Source: a virus. Taken from it: 64,000 nt of DNA. The translations under genes were made by a program, and so were the position numbers. The stretch covers positions 14,983-78,982 of the IMG/VR virus record IMGVR_UViG_3300031788_000007; one strand, 5' to 3'. The notes under the pieces are model-generated. The model did not search any database and was not told the DNA's origin. It saw only the letters and a list, made by a program, of their open reading frames with translations. This document shows positions 45,501-52,329 of the stretch, in pieces. Numbering within the stretch: position 1 is the first letter of the stretch; every line of letters begins with the position of its first letter.

Positions 45501-48021
45501 CAAAGGTATGCAGGTGGAGATGTCTGGAGGAGGCAAGGGGTCAGATTGGGCCACTCTCTATCAGGAGAAGCCGAGACGGTGGGAGCCACCTAACAGACCG
45601 TTGACCATCGAAGACCTCAAGATTCGCCGGGCGGTCAATGCGGCGGCCGACAAAGCAGCGGCGAACCCACAGATACCGCACGAAGAGGTCACCATGACGG
45701 CTGCGAGGGCCGAGGAGGTCGCCAAAGCCGCGCCAGAGGGAGTCGACAAAGAGGCGGCGGGTAGAGATGCCGTTGGCGGGCACCTGAAGGGCCTTGGCTA
45801 CGTCCAAGACCCTCTCACTGGCGAGTGGAAGACCCCAGAGAAGATTGAGCCGGCGCCGCCCAGCGGAGAGATCGAGGCTGCCAATCGCTCAGTCGCCAAC
45901 CGACTTGTCGGATTCACGTTAAGCCAAGAGCAGAACATCCTCTCAGAAACAAGGCGCATGGGAGTGCCAGAACTCGGGCGGCAAATTGTCGGTATGGGGC
46001 GCTCATACTCCGGGCTTGTAAAAAATCATCTAGCGGACCTGCGCAATTCCCTATCTACAATCATGCGAAACAATGGTCTGAACCCGCACAATGAGAAGGT
46101 GATGCGTGACATCTTCGACGTTGTGATGGGGAAGAGGGCCGTTGCCGATCCGCGAGTCAACAAGGGCGCAGAAGAAGTGCGTGTTTTGATGGGAGACATC
46201 CGCGAGAAGGGAGCCGCTGGCGGGTTGGCGGTGCGGACTCCAGATGGAAGAATAGTGCCGTGGGCGGATTTTCAGAACGATCCGAGCTACATGCCGCGGA
46301 TAGCGGACTGGAACGCGAAGTTCACGGACGCGGAAGGCAAGACGTACACCCTGAAGGAGATCATGGGCGGAACCTTCGGTGAGATCAGGGCGAAGGAGTT
46401 ACTGGCAAAGAAACTCAAAGAAGACGGCAATCCCATGTCTGCCGACAGAGCCTATCAACTCATCAAGCGTGAGCGGCTACAGGCACCCGTGCAGGGCAAT
46501 ATCCAGAGAACGAACGAGGTGAACTTCCCGTTTATCAGGAAGGACTATGGGGCGATCGACAACTACTTCAAGCAGTATTCACGGGCAATGGCGACCGAGA
46601 AAGTGTTTGGCTCGGACCTAAGAAAACTGCAAAAGGAGATTGGGAAGATCCCGAACAAGCAATTCAGGACAGATGTAGAGCAGATGTTCGGCTATATGTT
46701 CACGCCGCAAAACTGGGATTCGGACCTGGGGGCGGTCTACAACGTCCTGTCCGCAGCGGAGACGGCCACAAAGATGTTCCCGTTCTCTGTAACAAAGGTG
46801 TTGTTCCATGCTGGGAACGCGCCAATGATTATCGGCAAGACAGGCCACTACATGCCCGTCCTGAAGGCTGCATTCAAGGCGGCAACTGACCTCAAGGCCG
46901 TCAAAGAGAACGCCTATTTGGTTGGCACGATCGCGCATGGTGTCGATCCGGCAGTGATGTATATGCCGGATACGAAGACACAGCACGGCCTTTTCAAGTG
47001 GACTGGATTTGAGTACATCTACAACGTGGCGCGAGCCATTGGCGGAGAGTCTGCGCGGGTCTACCTCGACCAGTACGCCGCGAACGACCTGAAGAAAGGC
47101 GGCAATACTGAGGTGCGGGCGCGAAGACTTCTGAAGAACTCGCTGCTCATTGGAGATCACGCCATTGACGAGTTCTTGAGAACAGGTAAGTGGGACCGCG
47201 ATAGTTACAGGCTTGCTCAGGTTGCATTTGCCGACGAGTCACTATACTCGGAAAATCCAATGCAGATGCCGGAGTTTGCGCGTAGGAGAATCGCAGGAGA
47301 GGGATTAAGCTCCACGGACAAGTATCTGAATATGGGCCTCCGGGCGTCCTATTCTCTCCAGTCGTTCACCGCCAAGACCTACTCAATGCTGAAAGAGCAT
47401 CTCTACGATGAAGTGGTACTCCACCATAATCTTCGTCCGCTCGCTTACGCGATGGTTGTGTCGCCGGTTATCGGGCAAATGCTGCAAGGAGTATCCTCGG
47501 CCGCAAAGGGCGGGGTACACCGTTTGGCGCAGTACGGCTTAGATAGGCCGCATACCGAGGATGCCTGGGATAAGTGGCTTTCGCAATTCTCTGGGATGAA
47601 GGACCATCCCGCTGCAACCTTTCTGAAACTCTATGTCGACGGTCTTTGCGCACAGTGGGCTCTTGAGCGGACGAAGCGGCTGGCGGATGCGTTGTTTAAC
47701 CTGTCTATAGATGACAAGCCTAGCCTAAAATCTGCAAAAGATACCGGGATGTATTTGTTGAACGATGAGGTTGAGCAGGATATAGGCCCCATCTGGACAG
47801 ACACGGTAATGCGACCTTTTATTGACTTCCCAGCGGCCGAGATACAATCGGAAGCAGTAAGCGAGTCGCAGGAGCATCACGGCAAGCCAAGCAGTTTTTG
47901 GGATCGAACGGGGAAAAACGTTGTGCGGGAATTGAGGGATACTGTGCCTGTACTCAGACAAGAGCCGGATGTGGAAGAATATCTCGCGCCGAAAAAGAGT
48001 GGAAAGTGGCAGGTTCCTTAG
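36535..48021 (+). CDS. Giant polyvalent ejection protein: DdrB-like ParB domain, zincin HExxH, Strawberry-notch-like SF2 helicase, C-terminal helical region
   Basis: VVGGNRR (~40890), TFIHEFAH (~42590), ASVAGSGKT (~43970), DLVIADES (~44230), YVSATP, AAGGIGINLQD (~45060), QSLARTWR. Confidence 0.85.
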   Translation: MAVLDQTEAQIPVGLTPIPLGQAPSSEAKIPAGLTPIPLGSQQSSPNFGVKSQTQATHAVTPPVDVKSSIPAGLTPIPKEDSHVDAFMAGIRKPAALRQQVYDYTVGSGYNADQGRQRQNEYDYAIKNGMNPQRAQEFALGMQFEGGTPKYNLTDQEKSDLYGKAKQAAEGFKSGQQKTIESHFLGESLLPGDDETYRQNIDPDEYARNYVKGYTYARSQGWDEGKAQEYATSDAASQWMTRAGEWIDPKWHSVKSAILNVIPGISKPEERAENPFFATNQGYRENQFHVYHEAAWLDEHVGKVAGSVDAGLGNVVNGFSTPGMAALMVASEGQGLLARGGIGAAEEVETANLATRALGRVARAGGRQLGRSAAASEEIDSAQALRAAENAEKAIRAIRDARLPVSAQKVARTFNKLVTVGFTAQMAQGSAEQLEQAAKTAFPGEGKDGDSALAVEYAVEGLVSGLMAVQGGNHLRHEHLLTSDLNSKTAEMYGPQKLSDVGGLHEGPRQNAATKFGDLDPYRQAAVIQRLIEDDPKYKAAEDASEKEQKRLAKKIAYRYNTALQQAWNPNAVDRMVRVIDNHRAANEWYGARQKAEDEARKHYLDQITKLIDLHKQDKADEEELVKAEAERRAAAREGRPVRKTVDAQKREESRKVTLTNAAQIAEHRQGVVDARDVADKETAEQERSEAQDSTTNSQKEWDDRYARVYGMHARNNPDWSMPRLHGETLDIVGERPKEDKQGELRHPDEVTDDQGYVSYRSQVFGGEEHHFGVAQTPDGKWGVYRKTPDGIEYLGAGGIFDGQPQESYLAPNEETAKALAQITSLRVNADYALEEHGTTPEREAERKQLRDLEHSLVDGTITGEQARKAAGLPEEAQEAQAKEKANHEIEAARAGALNGPLHGRTKAQYEDEFLAGLEEAGWEPETIEAMIDTLPLQLRMEAENNLHYVGRSGDWIASKKGVTWVLDSKGMLQPDDGMSAPIPLMKNGRYSTQAIDLSMSGRVGFGQRSWEDAKVEEAKEREANQQLENLVGNVADELQRAIELSKQNAGLQMEAGELPLERPAPKPRSRFAPPVEGQMAESPERETDRAVQEGHEAIQAEQRAFDEAWITFMAEDLAANHETPWQLIERVAKNSGMTPQEVLALQLERLAPTDTVDGRIQRLKAGDTITDKMGLPWVVRADRNGTLYLRKGQGARIHVNKFKPSDDVRRIVGTGEVQPAPGPRWTPEDVRKAAYEPAYISRRNEVIEEVKQRETGEIKEHPPATPEVAERQAVAAEDRETQVNDAAVAATAAAVDPPPKATDKEIDEAISKAEELRKVTEAAARQAAAARGRTAGPGEYPQKAPITSKRVPGRAWAVGHDGYIQTIASKIPMHRELVKLNQLTPSFRWNGNMLERVTEYPEQMQDVPPDEATRSQLLADAQPVRYDVDQFLDPGYGPERGPSIVDIGGDVVGGNRRLLRMLKYLELIHGDKEALAAFRAKMAEYAGKNGMVYPEGDEIYIPVRMLDEPIGTIAKATELGHLFNKKASHGIDENAKSITYGRMLYEAQRTEEALGRNGVLDRIADEFNRAETPRDAMANKPGFFANIVRNELGIGGEDQSDWFNKNPKGEYEFLSTNGKEKLEKALLATVLKNPSTIDALGSSTAYDSLLKSIGPLTRLRAVPDKDIISVIEEAISATATTERKRVDGDSPRVRWNKTFGEREFFSDEKPLDEPGRMVEAIWRALHDRKTTRFKNALNDYLVGEGTQRGFFDPAEHGLKTPADLFNAAFEDELKDVRDSRGLQLDEAKSGKFKGDNASGMRTFLDTLSWELTQDQFDAALENRDNYGDESVEDAKRSEEGKPPQEAPKPEGVSKKMFITKQDERDLKGLGWKQEQINAMKPEEAQEILSLGKQAPKGFKPPEPPAPKPEADLSAAKAEKGYVTPDELEKFISDHPATADHAPEIMRTARMMAEYVFDSDPPEGVEKKDALAWVLEQRVAKLAYEEKGKGRGSYSDPEIEKGIGTRILKLTKASDETTFIHEFAHVIFPMLSQEDMRAIDTITGEKGEHWKHGDPLRGEAYKTVSEKFAHGLEKFLRDENPTGFSAEVKKVLAKVKEMFQAAYLRFRSDPLSTFNLSEDAKEVFANMFHIEDLDPADDFRKQREEARKADAKQKKGMVKPEAALHPIQQLAKDLGPKPVQILESIDGSVEDSSGERVDPSKPMAAFVYDDEEHAAQAYLKAAEEGSGVAGVEFVQTKDGKYAVRFNVKAKVPKDILYQDAQEKHPGLRLEDMEAKLKTTTSPILKKFLETQIGRLKAEIRNEPRPQVEPGLAKQAIAEVKRGTEGRKTDTGRAGVSDLRGVPDGNPGDAKQAGVGRLSRPPIMGMPGHASAGGAADRNRPGGGSSQPVNLANVTPVRLQPFERGRGTPVGILAGEKFDEKVWRDGLKRAGLPENMPAPTVTLSPEVARTLKYAGQKQIVQTVLSALEQGDGAVIASVAGSGKTWTEMGVVKETILRNPDAKVLVITMNRGLLEEGDDAVRQVAKNGYDLKVETDILDKPPEPGVYGATYQRLLNNSIYAQTQWDLVIADESGAARNWYRDENQQGKLLKAVMDNAKKGVYVSATPFHSPNEYGYAEKLNLWPKGGFEDWIKNNFAHEKIGDKVVAKLDPAKQAKLREQMVERGQFISQQISYDGFSVHFGVVPVTDVVERKLDRIHQGIAVMKRELLKQGKKGLSERVSAFEATYTKAYLERSRLPEAIEVAKKARAQGWQVAIFSETTSEDLFRRPVGPKEEPGTYRLLDEETGGQISRIMPEFPNIADELKAEFGDEMGDYSGVGNTDAQREEAKQAFLKGKKKVLYTSYAAGGIGINLQDKDGDKPRISIFLGPPYSGILLEQSLARTWRLGVKSNARAVFLATDSEPDIRLMATKIGPRMRALSAAVLGDRDSLASVMTNYTDEEKMREHQDMMAFDQGNEVKVDAQGFQVRSKRKVNFDNWSSITFPNAEEAKNKGMQVEMSGGGKGSDWATLYQEKPRRWEPPNRPLTIEDLKIRRAVNAAADKAAANPQIPHEEVTMTAARAEEVAKAAPEGVDKEAAGRDAVGGHLKGLGYVQDPLTGEWKTPEKIEPAPPSGEIEAANRSVANRLVGFTLSQEQNILSETRRMGVPELGRQIVGMGRSYSGLVKNHLADLRNSLSTIMRNNGLNPHNEKVMRDIFDVVMGKRAVADPRVNKGAEEVRVLMGDIREKGAAGGLAVRTPDGRIVPWADFQNDPSYMPRIADWNAKFTDAEGKTYTLKEIMGGTFGEIRAKELLAKKLKEDGNPMSADRAYQLIKRERLQAPVQGNIQRTNEVNFPFIRKDYGAIDNYFKQYSRAMATEKVFGSDLRKLQKEIGKIPNKQFRTDVEQMFGYMFTPQNWDSDLGAVYNVLSAAETATKMFPFSVTKVLFHAGNAPMIIGKTGHYMPVLKAAFKAATDLKAVKENAYLVGTIAHGVDPAVMYMPDTKTQHGLFKWTGFEYIYNVARAIGGESARVYLDQYAANDLKKGGNTEVRARRLLKNSLLIGDHAIDEFLRTGKWDRDSYRLAQVAFADESLYSENPMQMPEFARRRIAGEGLSSTDKYLNMGLRASYSLQSFTAKTYSMLKEHLYDEVVLHHNLRPLAYAMVVSPVIGQMLQGVSSAAKGGVHRLAQYGLDRPHTEDAWDKWLSQFSGMKDHPAATFLKLYVDGLCAQWALERTKRLADALFNLSIDDKPSLKSAKDTGMYLLNDEVEQDIGPIWTDTVMRPFIDFPAAEIQSEAVSESQEHHGKPSSFWDRTGKNVVRELRDTVPVLRQEPDVEEYLAPKKSGKWQVP
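36669..36681. repeat. Dispersed palindrome copy 9 (in CDS, SPNFGV)
   Basis: GAG-TCCAAATTTTGGA-GT. Confidence 0.97.
43070..43082. repeat. Dispersed palindrome copy 10 (in CDS, VQILES)
   Basis: CAG-TCCAAATTTTGGA-GT. Confidence 0.97.
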
Positions 48022-48068
48022 TAGGAGTATGATTTTAATGTCTTCAGATTTGAAGACGAGGAGGACGT

Positions 48069-48242
48069 ATGGAGAAAGCGATAACTTTTGTGGAAGGAAC
48101 GCAAACATGGATTGGCAACCTTACAGAGAAGCGCGACAGGCTTCTTCGGGACGCCGAGCGTGTCAGCAAAGCAATCGCCTTTCTAGAGGCGCACCCGGAA
48201 TTGGTAGAACTGTATACGGAGTATGTGGAAATAATGCCCTAA
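48069..48242 (+). CDS. 57-aa hypothetical protein MEKAITFVEG...
   Basis: GAGGAGG RBS preceded by hairpin GTCTTCA-GATT-TGAAGAC. Confidence 0.55.
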   Translation: MEKAITFVEGTQTWIGNLTEKRDRLLRDAERVSKAIAFLEAHPELVELYTEYVEIMP

Positions 48243-48892
48243 GTAGAAGACTGGGAAGTGGGCCGTTCCTTAACCGACTCCAAAATTTGGAGTACCTGTT
48301 GCGCCAACTTGACCTTTTGAGCGAAGTCGGCTTTCTGTGATTCAGTGACGATCATTGAAAGCCGCTGCTGGAGGGCTTCATCGGCGCGGAACTCTTTATC
48401 GGTAGGGATGAGTGAGACTTCAGCCGACAGGCGGGAGCGGAAGAGTTCAATCATCTCGGAGAGCAAGAATGGCGCGAGTTGTTTATGGAGAGTCTTTTTA
48501 GACCTTTTGAGCATCGTTTCTCGCACAAACAACGGAGAGTAGAGAAAGTGTTTTTTATCAACCCGCACAGAAGGAATAGCGTGTCTCAGTACGTATCGTC
48601 CCATCATTATCTGGCTCATGCCGAGGAGTTCGGCACACTCGCCCTGAGTGAGTAATGCTTTTTCAGTGAGGCCGGCGGGAACGGGGAAGTGGCGCCTGTG
48701 GATGATGGCGCCCAGGCGAAGCTGCTCTGCGTACTCGGGGGTGGGGTCGAGGTAACGCTTATCGGGGTTCTTCCCAATGACAGCCAAGCAGCCCTTCCGT
48801 TCGAGGGTACGGACCTGTCTAGGGGACAGCCGTAGGCGGTCACAGATGCCGGAGAGGGAGAGCCATGTCTGTTCAGAGGATGGGTTGTGCAT
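48239..48892 (-). CDS. Tandem MerR/excisionase-like HTH protein
   Basis: LSLSGICDRLRLSPRQVRTLERKG and LTQGECAELLGMSQIMMGRYV. Confidence 0.7.
   Translation of the reverse strand: MHNPSSEQTWLSLSGICDRLRLSPRQVRTLERKGCLAVIGKNPDKRYLDPTPEYAEQLRLGAIIHRRHFPVPAGLTEKALLTQGECAELLGMSQIMMGRYVLRHAIPSVRVDKKHFLYSPLFVRETMLKRSKKTLHKQLAPFLLSEMIELFRSRLSAEVSLIPTDKEFRADEALQQRLSMIVTESQKADFAQKVKLAQQVLQILESVKERPTSQSST
48279..48291. repeat. Dispersed palindrome copy 11 (ACTCCAAAATTTGGAGT, in CDS LQILES)
   Basis: Read directly. Confidence 0.97.
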
Positions 48893-49082
48893 TCTTGCGC
48901 CTCCGGGGATGGGATGCCGCGGCCATTGCGGAGAACGTATCCGAAGGCAGGTTGCGCTTCTCTGCGCTGACGGAGCCGAGCTTGCGGAAGAAGTCAGGAT
49001 CGGCTTTCGATAGCTTGACCTTCGGCTTGGAGGGCTTTTCCTTGACGAGCGGTTTGATGGTTAAAGTACGGATATGCTTCAT
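48873..49082 (-). CDS. Small basic protein
   Basis: GAGG RBS on the - strand; DPDFFRKLG. Confidence 0.55.
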   Translation of the reverse strand: MKHIRTLTIKPLVKEKPSKPKVKLSKADPDFFRKLGSVSAEKRNLPSDTFSAMAAASHPRRRKNAQPIL

Positions 49083-49105
49083 GAAAACATAATACCTCAA
49101 TATGC

Positions 49106-49135
49106 TTGACAGCGGAACCGCTGATAGGTTAACGT
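49106..49135 (+). promoter_or_regulatory. Rightward promoter with operator-like inverted repeat in the divergent switch region
   Basis: TTGACA-18-TAACGT with CAGCGG-AA-CCGCTG at 49110-49123. Confidence 0.6.
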
Positions 49136-49158
49136 CATTCAACAGTGGGGGAAATCGG

Positions 49159-49359
49159 ATGATTGGATACTACGACAAGGGCAATATTGCCGCGCAATTG
49201 CGAGAGAAGCTGGAGGGCCGTACCCAGGCCGACCTAGCGGCTGAGATGGAGATTACTCCTCAATATCTCAGCGATGTCTTGAGCGGCCGTCGTGACCCAG
49301 GTAAGGCAATTCTAAAGTACCTCGGGCTGAAGGTTGGGTACGTGCGGGACGAGAAGTAG
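49159..49359 (+). CDS. Cro/XRE-like HTH regulator
   Basis: TQADLAAEMEITPQYLSDVLSGRRDPG. Confidence 0.88.
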   Translation: MIGYYDKGNIAAQLREKLEGRTQADLAAEMEITPQYLSDVLSGRRDPGKAILKYLGLKVGYVRDEK

Positions 49360-49371
49360 GAGGGGTTGGGT

Positions 49372-49845
49372 ATGTGCATAACAATATCGAAGATTGAAGT
49401 GAACTTTGCGCGTCCTGTCGAGTTGAAGGATGGGGAGATGCAGCGTATCCACGAGATCGTGAACGATGCAGCCCGGCGCACAGAGACGCCTGAGTTTGTA
49501 CACTGGGCAGCGGGGACCGGCAGCAAGCCGAATTGGTCGAAGACAGACTGTAAGATATGGGGTTTTGAAGCAACGGCGGATTCACCTGAGAGCGGAGAGC
49601 CAATGTGGGACGACAGCGTGTTCTGCATCGAGACAGCCACACGGGAGAGGTACGAGTCGGAGTTGTTTAAGCCGTACTCGAAGCCAAAGACGAACGCGGA
49701 TCGATTCTGTGAACTGCTTGAGGCTATCGACAATCGCTGCATGGCGGCAGACGGGCCGGTGACGCCGACGTTGACTGAGGCTACACCTGACGAGTTGAGG
49801 AAGTTGTATCTATTCGCGGACAGGATCAGGAAAGAATCGAGGTAG
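49372..49845 (+). CDS. Hypothetical protein
   Basis: AGGAGG RBS. Confidence 0.6.
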   Translation: MCITISKIEVNFARPVELKDGEMQRIHEIVNDAARRTETPEFVHWAAGTGSKPNWSKTDCKIWGFEATADSPESGEPMWDDSVFCIETATRERYESELFKPYSKPKTNADRFCELLEAIDNRCMAADGPVTPTLTEATPDELRKLYLFADRIRKESR

Positions 49846-49882
49846 AACCGGCAGCGGAGGGGCTGCAAGAAAGCAGGGGGAG

Positions 49883-50152
49883 ATGGCAGAGGCGAAGGCG
49901 GCAGAGAGCGTAGGAGCGAAGGTGCCGAAGAAGCAGATCACGCGGAAGCGGGTAGGCTTCAAGCGGGTTGTGGTCGAGTTGACCGAGAATCATTACGATG
50001 CGCTGGCGAAGTTGGCGGTGGCCGACATCCGCCGGGGAGGGCCGACGGAGATGCTTTCTGTTCTGTGCCGGTTGAACCTGGACGCGCTCATCAAGAACCA
50101 TCGGCCGGCTCAGGCGCCGATTGTGTTTCAGGAAAAGCCGGTCGATAAGTAG
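49883..50152 (+). CDS. Possible ribbon-helix-helix protein
   Basis: KRVVVELTENHYDALAKLA. Confidence 0.55.
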   Translation: MAEAKAAESVGAKVPKKQITRKRVGFKRVVVELTENHYDALAKLAVADIRRGGPTEMLSVLCRLNLDALIKNHRPAQAPIVFQEKPVDK

Positions 50153-50301
50153 GCCGCGGGAGGTGAGGGATGGGAGAGTTTTATTGGAAGTGGAGAGCGT
50201 TCTGGTGGGGATTCTTCCATCCTTTTGCATCGGAGGATCAACACCTACGCCGGGCATGGTGGGCTGCTCAAGAAAGACTGCGGCGGACGGGGAGGTAGGG
50301 G

Positions 50302-50559
50302 ATGGCAGACGAAGACTATCTGAACGATCCCGATGAACCCGACGAGAGCGACGTATGCCCTCACGGGAAGGGATTTAGCGACTACTGCTATCTCTGTGAT
50401 GATGAAGAAGACTTCGATGAAGACGCCGAAGCTACCACCTGCCCTGAGTGCGGAAGTGACGACCTTGAGGTTATTGACGAAACCGAAGAAGGCGACAACG
50501 AGTACGTCTGCAATGATTGTGGGGAGCGGTTTGTAGACGGGGAGGAAGAAGATGCCTAG
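50302..50559 (+). CDS. Extremely acidic double zinc-finger protein
   Basis: 36/85 residues D/E; CPH..CYLC and CPEC..CNDC. Confidence 0.7.
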   Translation: MADEDYLNDPDEPDESDVCPHGKGFSDYCYLCDDEEDFDEDAEATTCPECGSDDLEVIDETEEGDNEYVCNDCGERFVDGEEEDA

Positions 50560-50836
50560 AGGGATGTCTAAAACTCAGTGGATGACTCACGAGGAGTTGG
50601 TGAAGGAGCATCTGAAGCTGCGGGGGGAGTACGAGCGGACGCGGGGGATCGTGGACATGCTGGTGGAGAAGTTCGAGGGGCATGTACATGAAGGCGGCTC
50701 GGGGATGCTCGGTGTGACTACCGGCCCTCCATTCAAGAAGAGGGTGTTGAAGGTCACTACGCCGTCTGTATGTGTTGACTGTGGGGAGACGGTGGAAGAA
50801 GGGGTGGTAATCTGCAAGGACTGCATACCGTTCTAG
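50552..50836 (+). CDS. Small zinc-ribbon protein
   Basis: CVDC...CKDC. Confidence 0.6.
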   Translation: MPRGMSKTQWMTHEELVKEHLKLRGEYERTRGIVDMLVEKFEGHVHEGGSGMLGVTTGPPFKKRVLKVTTPSVCVDCGETVEEGVVICKDCIPF

Positions 50837-50841
50837 GAAGG

Positions 50842-50854
50842 TCCAAAATTTGGA
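50842..50854. repeat. Dispersed palindrome copy 12
   Basis: 5 nt after TAG 50834-50836, before the RBS of 50865. Confidence 0.97.
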
Positions 50855-50864
50855 GTAGGGGAGG

Positions 50865-51584
50865 ATGGGGATGAGCTTAATCTGCGGGATTGATTTCGAG
50901 CCAACTGGCCTTTCGGCGGCAGACGATCGGATTACAGAAATCGGTGCCTGTCTTTATGATTGGCCTACATCGACGCCTTTGAAGTTGATGTCAACGTTGG
51001 TGAACCCAGGACGGCCGATACCGGAGGAGATACAGAAACTCACCGGAATCACAGATGAACTGGTTGACTTGTACGGGAAGTCGGAGAAGGTGGCCTTTGC
51101 GGAACTGCACGACCTGATGAGCTATGCGGACTATGCGGCTGCTTTTAACGGTTCCAGGTTCGACCAGCCTTTTTACCTTGCAGCTTGCAATCGTCTCGGA
51201 GTGGAGCCTTCAGGAATCTTCTGGCTTGATCTTTCGGCTGATGTGAAGTGGCCTTCGGAGATAACCACCCGCAACCTGCGGCATCTGGCGAGTGAGTTTG
51301 GTTTCTGCAATCCCTTCGCGCACAGAGCAATTTTTGACGTGTTGACGATGTTCAAGACGGCGCAGAACTTTAGCCTCGACGACATCATTGCTCGGGCGCA
51401 GGAGCCTACGGTTTATGTGCAGGCCGTGGTTGACTTCGCCAACAACCAAAAGGCAAAGGACTTTTCTTTCAGGTGGAACCCGGCGTCGAAGGCATGGTGG
51501 AAGGCGCTCAAGAGTTCTGATTTTGAGGCAGAGAAGAGCCTTTGGCAATTCACATCGCGGATGCTGTCCGGGCCGCTGGAGTAG
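50865..51584 (+). CDS. DEDDh 3'-5' exonuclease (DnaQ-like)
   Basis: GIDFEPTG, AFNGSRFD, AHRAIFDV. Confidence 0.9.
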   Translation: MGMSLICGIDFEPTGLSAADDRITEIGACLYDWPTSTPLKLMSTLVNPGRPIPEEIQKLTGITDELVDLYGKSEKVAFAELHDLMSYADYAAAFNGSRFDQPFYLAACNRLGVEPSGIFWLDLSADVKWPSEITTRNLRHLASEFGFCNPFAHRAIFDVLTMFKTAQNFSLDDIIARAQEPTVYVQAVVDFANNQKAKDFSFRWNPASKAWWKALKSSDFEAEKSLWQFTSRMLSGPLE

Positions 51585-51587
51585 GGT

Positions 51588-51899
51588 ATGAAGATGCTTG
51601 TTTGCGCAGCTAACGGCTATCAGCAAGAAGTTGAGGCCGGTGAAACTTTAGAGGCTGTAGAGAAGGCTTTTATGAAGCGACTTCCTAATTCCATCGGAGA
51701 AGTGATGTTGATTAGGGAGTGGAAGGGCGGAAAGAGAAAAAGACCGTGGGGTGGCGCTAGGTATTTTCTTTCTGAGTTGGTCCTTCAGAAAATTGGGGCT
51801 TCCGATCTGTACAACAAGCATAAGAGAGGCTTTGTATTGAACACAGAATCGCCGCACATCAAGTTGATTGAAGATGATGTGGCAAAGATATCGGAGTAG
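51588..51899 (+). CDS. Hypothetical protein
   Basis: ORF in operon. Confidence 0.5.
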   Translation: MKMLVCAANGYQQEVEAGETLEAVEKAFMKRLPNSIGEVMLIREWKGGKRKRPWGGARYFLSELVLQKIGASDLYNKHKRGFVLNTESPHIKLIEDDVAKISE

Positions 51900-51901
51900 T
51901 C

Positions 51902-52315
51902 ATGGCGATGTTCACAGTAGACGGCGCCAAACTGACGGCCGCTGGAGTAGAGATGGAACAAGAGTACGAGTTCCGAGTAATGCGCTGCGGAGTTCTCAAG
52001 CCAGAGGTGAGGATCACCGTCATGGCTGAGACTCTTCAGGAAGCGCAGGAGAAGGCAAAGGCGTATCTCCGCAGGAACGAGCACGTCGACAAGGGGGGCT
52101 GGAGGGCAGCAAGGCGGGCCTTCACTGTCGACGGGGCTAAATTGACGGCACTGCGCATTGAAGCGGGTTTGTCAATGGAGGAAGTAGCGGCGAATTTGGG
52201 GTGTAACAAGTCGAATCTGAGCCGTTGGGAGCGGGGGGTTGTGCAGCCGTCAGAAAGGGCTATTCTGGAACTGGTAGTCCTATTCAAGCAATGCGATTTT
52301 GTTAAGGAGAGGTGA
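51902..52315 (+). CDS. XRE HTH protein with duplicated N-terminal decapeptide
   Basis: LRIEAGLSMEEVAANLGCNKSNLSRWERG; FTVDGAKLTA occurs twice. Confidence 0.8.
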   Translation: MAMFTVDGAKLTAAGVEMEQEYEFRVMRCGVLKPEVRITVMAETLQEAQEKAKAYLRRNEHVDKGGWRAARRAFTVDGAKLTALRIEAGLSMEEVAANLGCNKSNLSRWERGVVQPSERAILELVVLFKQCDFVKER

Positions 52316-52329
52316 TGGAGGTGGAGAGT

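Noticed and set aside
36445-47653. Many 60-220 aa minus-strand ORFs opposite the giant gene and other long genes
   Set aside because: Antisense shadows typical of GC-rich coding DNA; no motifs or RBS
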